Source: Eledone cirrhosa (taxonomy: Eukaryota). From it: a stretch of 64,000 nucleotides of DNA. Numbering within the stretch: the stretch's first letter is position 1; every line of letters begins with the position of its first letter. Shown here one piece after another: positions 51,601 to 62,500 of the stretch. The translations under genes and the position numbers were made by a program. Where the stretch lies: the NCBI GenBank assembly GCA_964016885.1, contig OZ024764.1, positions 15,066,001 to 15,130,000 of the forward strand, given 5' to 3'. The notes under the pieces are model-generated. The model did not search any database and had not been told where the DNA came from. It saw nothing but the letters and a program-made list of their open reading frames with translations.

Positions 51601-53499
51601 CCTTTGCCACAATGGCATGATGGTGGTCATAGGGCTCTATGCTGGTGCAGTCGTTGATGGTGTAGATGAATACGAAGCCGGCCCCAGCCGTTGCCATAGC
51701 AACAAGGGCAGTCTCAGCAACCATCATCCATTTCTTGCGAATAAACCTGGAAAAAGAAAATGAAAAAAATATCTCAAAAATAAATAAATTTGTAGTTTTA
51801 GTGTGTAGGTATATATATATATGTATGGATGTATATATGTGTGTAGGCATGTATGTATATATGGGTATGGATGTATGTATATATATATATGTGTGTAGGC
51901 ATGTATGTGTATATATAAATATATATATGGATGTGTGTATGGGCATGTCTATGTGTGTGTAGATGTGTGGATGTATGTATATATATATATATATGTGTAG
52001 ATGTATGTGTGCATATATGTATGTGTATATATGTGTGTATGTATATGACAGGACATGTTCCTCAGAAGGGAACTTTCTAGTTGTAAATCCCATGGTCCTT
52101 CACGACCAAAGAAAGTCATTTACCTTTTATACCATATATGGAAATCTTACCTGTATCGGAAAACTGTTAATTTGTAATTTATGATGACAAACAAAGCCCC
52201 AACCAGTCCACCTGTAAAACAGAATAAAATAATGATTAATTATAATAATATGTTAACGAGGGGCCCGAGATCAACTTTGTTTTTCATCCATTCGAGGTTG
52301 ATAAAAACAAAGTATCAGTCAAATACTGGGGTTGATTCTTCCTCTTTATCTCCTCTTTTCTACCTCCTTATTACACACACTTCTCCGAATTGAGAGATCA
52401 CAGCTCTGATACTACAGACATGTGGTTAGAATGTCTGAGGAAAGAATCTCTGAATTGAGAGATCACAGCTCTGATACTACAGACATGTGGTTAGAATGTC
52501 TCAGGAAAGAATCTCCGAATTGAGAGATCACAGCTCTGATACTACAGACATGTGGTTAGAATGTCTCAGGAAAGAATCTCTGAATTGAGAGACCACAGCT
52601 CTGATACTACAGACATGTGGTTAGAATGTCTCAGGAAAGAATCTCCGAATTGAGAGATCACAGCTCTGACACTACAGATATGTGGTTAGAATGTCTCAGG
52701 AAATAATCTCCGAATTGAGAGATCACAGCTCTGATACTACAGACATGTGGTTAGAATGTCTCAGGAAAGAATCTCTGTATTGAGAGATCACAGCTCTGAT
52801 ACTACAGACATGTGGTTAGAATGTCTCAGGAAAGAATCTCTGTATTGAGAGATCACAGCTCTGATACTACAGACATGTAGTTAGAATGTCTCAGGAAAGA
52901 ATCTCTGAATTGAGAGATCACAGCTCTGATACTACAGACATGTGGTTAGAATGTCTCAGGAAAGAATCTCTGTATTGAGAGATCACAGCTCTGATACTAC
53001 AGACATGTGGTTAGAATGTCTCAGGAAAGAATCTCTGAATTGAGAGATCACAGCTCTGATACTACAGACATGTGGTTAGAATGTCTCAGGAAAGATTCCC
53101 TGGACAGATTTTTACACGCAAAACCAACCGGTAAGAGACCCGGAGGTAGACTCCGAGCAAGATGGTTGGAGAACATCCATGAGCTTGGCTGGTTTTGCTT
53201 GGGTATCCAGCTGGATCAGTTGGAGACAGTTATTTCTGACAGGACCCACTGGAAGGAGGGTTTGAGGACTCTGCCCTCACGGCCCTCTCAGGAATAAGTT
53301 GGCAAAGAAGAAGCAGAAGGATAAAACTATAAATGAATAACAAAAAAAAAATCACATTGGAACTCACCTATAATGCCCATGAGCACAAAAATTGGGAACT
53401 CTACAAGGTCAAAGGCCATGTCTTCCTGCAGAGGTCAAATGTGAAAGGTCGAAGAAGAAGAAAAAGAACAAGGTTAAAGAAAATATAACACACACACAT

Positions 53500-53531
<32 letters not shown>

Positions 53532-56500
53532 TCTAAATACAAGATGCAGGATGGCCATGGTTGGAGTGTTCTCCATCATAGGTGGGCCTGCTTAGGATTG
53601 ACCTAGGGTTGAATAACAATGACTATAGGAGGTATCAGTAGAAATGTATACAAACAGACAGATAAACAGATAGATAGATGGATAAATGAAAAGACCTTAC
53701 CTGAAAGATGTCAAATCTAACTAAACCAGGTGATGAGAGCTGAGTAAAATGTCCAACTGCGGCACTCAGGAAGAGATTGGTAAAGAATGTAGCAGTCATG
53801 GCAGCAAAGACCTGTCAAATATTGGAGAAATATATATATTAAAAGTAAAGAGGGGTTTACTTCACCATAATAGCTTTATTGCATGATCATGAAGGCACGT
53901 GGCTTAGTGGTTAGAGCATTGGGCTTGCAATCGAAAGGTTGTGAGTTCAATTCTCAGACCGGGTGATGTGTTGTCTCCTTGAGCAAGACACTTTATTTCA
54001 CATTGCTCCAGTTTACTCAGCTGTAGAAATGAGATGATAGGGACTGGGGTCCCTATCATTCCACTGCAAAGTGGTCGTGGAGGTGCCACGGCAAAAAAGC
54101 ACCCAGCCCACACTGTAAAGTGGACATGTAGGCACCACGGAAAAAAAAAGCACCCAGTACTCACTGTAAATGAGGTTGGTGTTAGGAAGGGCATCCAGCT
54201 GTAGAAATCAAGCCAGAATCAGTTCCCGTATAAGCAAGACAAGGTCAGCCGACCGGACACTGCCCACAACAGGACAACCCGTCTAACCCATGCTAGCGTG
54301 GAAGAACAGGCGTAAAATGGTGATGATATTTCTGTTACAGTGTTATGCATGTGACTTCATCAGATGCCCATACCATCGACATAGTCCCATGATTACATTT
54401 CTACACCTATGAGTGTAGATATATATATTATATATATTAAAATCTAAAGTCTGTCTTAAGCCGGTGCTTATCCTGTTTTCATGGCGTGAAGTGACTGATA
54501 GTACAAGACTTCTCCCTGGACAGAACACCAGTCCATCACGGGGTTAAACCTCCAGCTATTGCTGGTACGCATTTTCAGCTGTGTATACTGGAACAACATG
54601 AAATGAAGTGTTTTGCTCAAGAACACGACACACAGCCCAGGAATGGAACCCACTTCGCCACGTGCCTCCACTGTGTATGTATTTATATATATATTGGTCT
54701 ATGTATTTATATATATATTGGTATATATGGTCGAGTTAACCAGGCACTTGCTAACTGCTTTTTCTAGCAAATATGGTACTTGTTAATGTCCACCTTCACC
54801 TCCCTTCTGTAGCCACTGTATCACATGTTAATTTCTCCCTCGCAGAAGTGCTCCAGCATGGCCACGATCTAATGTCTGAAAATCACAAAACCAGTAACAA
54901 CACCACAAGAAGGAAAATAATTTTTAAAAAAACGTATGTAAAAAGTAAAAAAAAAAAAAAAATGAAACAACAACAAAAACTGTAAGAACAATTAACTTAC
55001 CACTCTCCACGTTAGCTCGTTACTCCAAAAACTTGCAGCTTCTTCCACACTGAAGAGGGTGCCACCAACTGGTGCACCAAATGCAGCTGATACTCCGGCA
55101 GCTGCACCCCCAGAAACCAGATCCCTGACTTCATGATCGGACCGTAGTTCTTCAAAAAGCTGTTGTTGTTGTTGTTGTTGTGGTGGTGGTAGTTTAGAAG
55201 ATAGATGAAAGGAAAATGGGAAAAAAGTTATATATATTATATAGTAATAATAATAAATGTGAAAACTCAAATCATTCGGTTTCCTAAATAGAATATTAGT
55301 CTACGACTTCATTTATAGCATAAACGTGGTTTTGTCTTTGCATGTATTTGTTCTCATCGCTCCACATAATGACGTATTATCCTCGCTTTTTTTCCGTTCA
55401 TTGCCAGGGAACGTCTCCACGAACCAAAGTACCATCTTCCTGTCTTCCTTCGGTTGCAACGTTTTTTGAAATATTTACTTCTGCGTTCACAGATTGATTT
55501 TTTTTAGTTTCAGAAGATCCCGTTAAGGGTGAAAGCAGCGATTCTTTGCTTAAACTTTAATCTGTTATTTTAATAAATATAATATATATATATATACATA
55601 TATATATTATATATATATATATATATATATGTGAGGATATGCGACGGCTGGAGAGAAATGAGGCAAGCATGCGCCGTTGGATGTGCAATGTCAATGTGTG
55701 TGAACGACCCAGCATGGATGTGTTGAGAGAGAAACTGTGTCTGAGAGGGATAGAATGTAGTGTGGGGGAGAGGAGACTGAGGTGGTATGGACATTTGATG
55801 TACATGGAGGATGACCGATGGGTGAAGAAGTGCCAGGAAATGCCAGTTGAAGGAAGACGTGGTAGAGGTAGACCACGAAAAACATGGGCGGAGGTGGTGA
55901 GAGCAGACCTCAGATCACTGAAGCTCACGGAGGAGATGACGAAGGAGCGTGACAAGTGGAGAGATGTTGTGCTGAATAGGACCCGTCCCACCCTTGCAAG
56001 CAGGGAAAAGTGGACGTATGATGATGATGATGATGATGTTGATGAGTGTATATATATATGAGTGTATATATATATATATATATGAGTGTATATATATATA
56101 CACTCAGTCAGCTGTATACATACCAGGCAGTCTTTTCCACAGAATGGTAGACGTCCTCTTCCAAACCCTGCTGCCACTATTGACCCCGAGTGGACCATAG
56201 GACCTTCCTTTAATCAGAAGAAATATACCAGTAATTAGCACAGGGATGTAATAGTAGTGGTGGTGGTAAATACCAGTAATTAGTACAGGGATTTTGTAGT
56301 AGTAATAATAATAGTAGTGGTTGAAATAATAGTGGGTGTGGTGGTGGTGATAGATACCAGTAATTAGGACAGGTTTAGACAGGTTGTCATGTGACAGACA
56401 AGTCAGGTCTGGAGACCATGTATTGATCTGTACTTCAGCTTGCTTTCTACAGCTGGATACTTTTCCTAACACCAACCACTTTACAGAGTGTACTGGGTGT

Positions 56501-59500
56501 ATTTTATCATGACACCAACACCAACCACTTTACAGAGTGTACTGGGTGTATTATATCATGACACCAACACTACCACTTTACAGAGTGTACTGGGTGTATT
56601 CTATCATGACACCAACACTACCACTTTACAGAGTGTACTGGGTGTATTTTATCATGACACCAACACTACCACTTTACAGAGTGTACTGGGTGTATTATAT
56701 CATGACACCAACACCAACCACTTTACAGAGTGTACTGGGTGTATTTTATCATGACACCAACACTTCCACTTTACAGAGTGTACTGGGTGTATTTTATCAT
56801 GACACCAACACTACCACTTTACAGAGTGTACTGGGTGTATTTTATCATGACACCAACACCAACCACTTTACAGAGTGTACTGGGTGTATTATATCATGAC
56901 ACCAACACCAACCACTTTACAGAGTGTACTGGGTGTATTTTATCATGACACCAACACTACCACTTTACAGAGTGTACTGGGTGTATTTTATCATGACACC
57001 AACACTACCACTTTACAGAGTGTACTGGGTGTATTATATCATGACACCAACACCAACCACTTTACAGAGTGTACTGGGTGTATTTTATCATGACACCAAC
57101 ACTTCCACTTTACAGAGTGTACTGGGTGTATTTTATCATGACACCAACACTACCACTTTACAGAGTGTACTGGGTGTATTTTATCATGACACCAACACCA
57201 ACCACTTTACAGAGTGTACTGGGTGTATTATATCATGACACCAACACCAACCACTTTACAGAGTGTACTGGGTGTATTTTATCATGACACCAACACTACC
57301 ACTTTACAGAGTGTACTGGGTGTATTTTATCATGACACCAACACTACCACTTTACAGAGTGTACTGGGTGTATTATATCATGACACCAACACCAACCACT
57401 TTACAGAGTGTACTGGGTGTATTTTATCATGACACCAACACTACCACTTTACAGAGTGTACTGGGTGTATTATATCATGACACCAACACCAACCACTTTA
57501 CAGAGTGTACTGGGTGTATTATATCATGACACCAACACCAACCACTTTACAGAGTGTACTGGGTGTATTTTATCATGACACCAACACTACCACTTTACAG
57601 AGTGTACTGGGTGTATTATATCATGACACCAACACCAACCACTTTACAGAGTGTACTGGGTGTATTATATCATGACACCAACACTACCACTTTACAGAGT
57701 GTACTGGGTGTATTTTATCATGACACCAACACTACCACTTTACAGAGTGTACTGGGTGTATTTTATCATGACACCAACACCAACCACTTTACAGAGTGTA
57801 CTGGGTGTATTTTATCATGACACCAACACTACCACTTTACAGAGTGTACTGGGTGTATTTTATCATGACACCAACACCAACCACTTTACAGAGTGTACTG
57901 GGTGTATTTTATCATGACACCAACACTACCACTTTACAGAGTGTACTGGGTGTATTTTATCATGACACCAACACCAACCACTTTACAGAGTGTACTGGGT
58001 GTATTTTATCATGACACCAACACTACCACTTTACAGAGTGTACTGGGTGTATTTTATCATGACACCAACACCAACCACTTTACAGAGTGTACTGGGTGTA
58101 TTATATCATGACACCAACACTACCACTTTACAGAGTGTACTGGGTGTATTTTATCATGACACCAACACTACCACTTTACAGAGTGTACTGGGTGTATTTT
58201 ATCATGACACCAACACCAACCACTTTACAGAGTGTACTGGGTGTATTATATCATGACACCAACACTACCACTTTACAGAGTGTACTGGGTGTATTTTATC
58301 ATGACACCAACACCAACCACTTTACAGAGTGTACTGGGTGTATTTTATCATGACACCAACACTACCACTTTACAGAGTGTACTGGGTGTATTTTATCATG
58401 ACACCAACACTACCACTTTACAGAGTGTACTGGGTGTATTATACCATGACACCAACACTTCCACTTTACAGAGTGTACTGGGTGTATTATATCATGACAC
58501 CAACACTACCACTTTACAGAGTGTACTGGGTGTATTTTATCATGACACCAACACTACCACTTTACAGAGTGTACTGGGTGTATTTTATCATGACACCAAC
58601 ACTACCACTTTACAGAGTGTACTGGGTGTATTTTATCATGACACCAACACTTCCACTTTACAGAGTGTACTGGGTGTATTTTATCATAACACCAACACTA
58701 CCACTTTACAGAGTGTACTGGGTGTATTTTATCATAACACCAACACTACCACTTTACAGAGTGTACTGGGTGTATTTTATCATGACACCAACACTACCAC
58801 TTTACAGAGTGTACTGGGTGTATTATATCATGACACCAACACTACCACTTTACAGAGTGTACTGGGTGTATTTTATCATAACACCAACACCAACCACTTT
58901 ACAGAGTGTACTGGGTGTATTATATCATGACACCAACACTACCACTTTACAGAGTGTACTGGGTGTATTATATCATGACACCAACACTACCACTTTACAG
59001 AGTGTACTGGGTGTATTTTATCATGACACCAACACCAACCACTTTACAGAGTGTACTGGGTGTATTATATCATGACACCAACACTACCACTTTACAGAGT
59101 GTACTGGGTGTATTTTATCATAACACCAACACTACCACTTTACAGAGTGTACTGGGTGTATTTTATCATGACACCAACACCAACCACTTTACAGAGTGTA
59201 CTGGGTGTATTTTATCATGACACCAACACTACCACTTTACAGAGTGTACTGGGTGTATTTTATCATGGCACCAACACTACCACTTTACAGAGTGTACTGG
59301 GTGTATTTTATCATGACACCAACACTACCACTTTACAGAGTGTACTGGGTGTATTTTATCATGACACCAACACTACCACTTTACAGAGTGTACTGGGTGT
59401 ATTATATCATGACACCAACACCAACCACTTTACAGAGTGTACTGGGTGTATTTTATCATGACACCAACACTACCACTTTACAGAGTGTACTGGGTGTTTT

Positions 59501-62500
59501 TGTCATGACACCAACACTACCACTTTACAGAGTGTACTGGGTGTTTTTGTCATGACACCAACACTACCACTTTACAGAGTGTACTGGGTGTTTTTGTCAT
59601 GTCACCAGCACAACCTTTTCACAAATAATGTTTGATGTGTATCTTACCTTTCCACATAAGAGACCCCCTAGCAGGGAGAGAATGACCCCTACAGCCTTAG
59701 CTACTAGGGTCCTCAGTCTCAATAAGCCAGGTATCTTGACCCCGTTTAAATATGCTTTGATGAGAGGGATACCACTGCCTGCTGCCTGGGGCTGAAATCA
59801 GAGAAAAATAGGGGTCAATTTATATATATAGAGAGAGGAAACACGCACACATATATATATATATACACAGAAACATACACACTTGCATACACACATACAA
59901 GGACATGCACACACAGGCACACACTTGCATACAGATATACACATACACTGCATACAGACACACACACACAGAGGAGTTGGTAGGTAGGTAGACAAGTGGA
60001 CAGGTGGACAGAGAGACAGGTAGATAGACAGATCAATATCTTGGTAGGTAAGTGGACAGGTGGACAGAGAGACAGGTAGATAGACAGATCAATATCTTGG
60101 TAGGTAGGTGGACAGAGAGACAGGTAGATAGACTGATCAATATCTTGGTAGGTAGGTAGACAGGTGGACAGAGAGACAGGTAGATAGACAGATCAATATC
60201 TTGGTAGGTAGGTAGACAAGTGGACAGGTGGACAGAGAGACAGGTAGATAGACAGATCAATATCTTGGTAGGTAGGTAGACAAGTGGACAGGTAGACAGG
60301 TAGATAGACAGATCAATATCTTGGTAGGTAGGTAGACAAGTGGACAGGTGGACAGAGAGACAGGTAGATAGACAGATCAATATCTTGGTAGGTAGGTAGA
60401 CAGGTGGACAGGTAGATAGACAGATCAATATCTTGGTAGGTAGGTAGACAAGTGGACAGGTGGACAGAGAGACAGGTAGATAGACAGATCAATATCTTGG
60501 TAGGTAGGTAGACAAGTGGACAGGTGGACAGAGAGACAGGTAGATAGACAGATCAATATCTTGGTAGGTAGGTAGACAAGTGGACAGGTGGACAGAGAGA
60601 CAGGTAGATAGACAGATCAATATCTTGGTAGGTAGGTAGACAAGTGGACAGGTGGACAGAGAGACAGGTAGATAGACAGATCAATATCTTGGTAGGTAGG
60701 TAGACAAGTGGACAGGTAGACAGGTAGATAGACAGATCAATATCTTGGTAGGTAGGTAGACAAGTGGACAGGTGGACAGAGAGACAGGTAGATAGACAGA
60801 TCAATATCTTGGTAGGTAGGTAGACAGGTGGACAGGTAGACAGGTAGATAGACAGATCAATATCTTGGTAGGTAGGTAGACAAGTGGACAGGTGGACAGA
60901 GAGACAGGTAGATAGACAGATCAATATCTTGGTAGGTAGGTAGACAAGTGGACAGGTGGACAGGTAGACAGGTAGATAGACAGATCAATATCATCATCAT
61001 CATCATATCTTGTCGCGCCAGTGCCGTATCCATTGAAGTGCAGCATCGTTTGCTTCCATCAGGTCTTGGTCGGAGCATGTGGGTCCCAATGAGCACCCAC
61101 GGAGGATGTGGGCTATGGTTTGGGAGGTCTCGCCGCAGGGGAACTCAGCGCAGGTGGCCAATCCCCACTTGTGGAGGTGGTCTCCAGTTTTGCCCGTTTT
61201 GGCTCTGGCCCTGTTTAGGGTTACCCAGTCCTTTCTGCTAAGAGACGCGAAGATGCAAAAAACAGATCAATATATAGATATAGATATATTTCTTTATTAG
61301 CCACAAGGGTGCACAAGAAAAGGGGACAATACAAAGACATACGCCGGGGATTTTACATACAATCGTGTAAAAATATTGAAACAAACAAATATAACGATTG
61401 AAATCCCCAATAGGGGGGAGGCGTTACAAATGGGTTGTTTAATACCCCGTAGAGAGAACAACCCCCAACTCCAGGAGCGTGTTGTGCAAGTGCTCCTTTC
61501 TTCCTTTTGCTCTCTTCTTCAACCTAGAGGTTTATATACAGAGAAGGTCCAATCACTCGGGCCATTCTCGCCACATTCACCCACCTTTCAGTAAATTTAC
61601 TGGGGTGCAGTGCCTCTCTCTCCACCCTGATTCTCAGGCAGATAGATAGGTAGATAGACAGATAGGTAGACCAACAAACAGGTAAATAGACAGATCGATA
61701 TGTAGACAAGTAGATAGAAAGATAGACAGATAGAAAGACATAGATACAAAGATATATATATATTGTCCTCACAGCAAGATATGTGACCAGGGCTGAAGCT
61801 ATTGTAGAGATCACCATATTAAACCCTATCCATACCAAAGCTGGTGTGTAGAGACAGTGTTCTTCAACACATTTGTCGATGACTTTGGAACAGTCCATGT
61901 TAAGGAAAAGGATAAACAGGATGGATACAGTTATTATTATTATTGAAAAAACATTGTTGTCTCTGATCGAGATGAAGCAAGAGTGTTAGGTTGACTACAT
62001 ATAAAAATGAGAAAACTGATCGCTAGAACAGCTATTAAAACAGTTAAATGCTGTCAAAGACAGGGGTGGGCAAAAATGCCTCAGACCAGCGGCCAGTGGT
62101 CAACAGAGGGACAATCCACAAGGTGGGTGACAGGCAGATGATATATAATGTCTCAGAGGACAGAGACCAGCGGTCAGTGGTCAACAGAGAGACAATCCAC
62201 AAGGTGGGTGACAGGCAGATGATATATAATGTCTCAGAGGACAGAGACCAGCGGCCAGTGGTCAACAGAGAGACAATCCACAAGGTGGGTGACAGGCAGA
62301 TGATATATAATGTCTCAGAGGACAGAGACCAGCGGTCAGTGGTCAACAGAGGGACAGTCCACAAGGTGGGTGACAGGCAGATGATATATAATGTCTCAGA
62401 GGACAGAGACCAGCGGCCAGTGGTCAACAGAGGGACAGTCCACAATGTGGGTGACAGGCAGATGATATATAATGTCTCAGAGGACAGAGACCAGAGAGTC

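Noticed and set aside
56465-59612. CRISPR-like regular arrays (also 28120, 32590, 34222)
   Set aside because: Head-to-tail repeats with no unique spacers and no cas genes, in a eukaryotic intronic or intergenic context.
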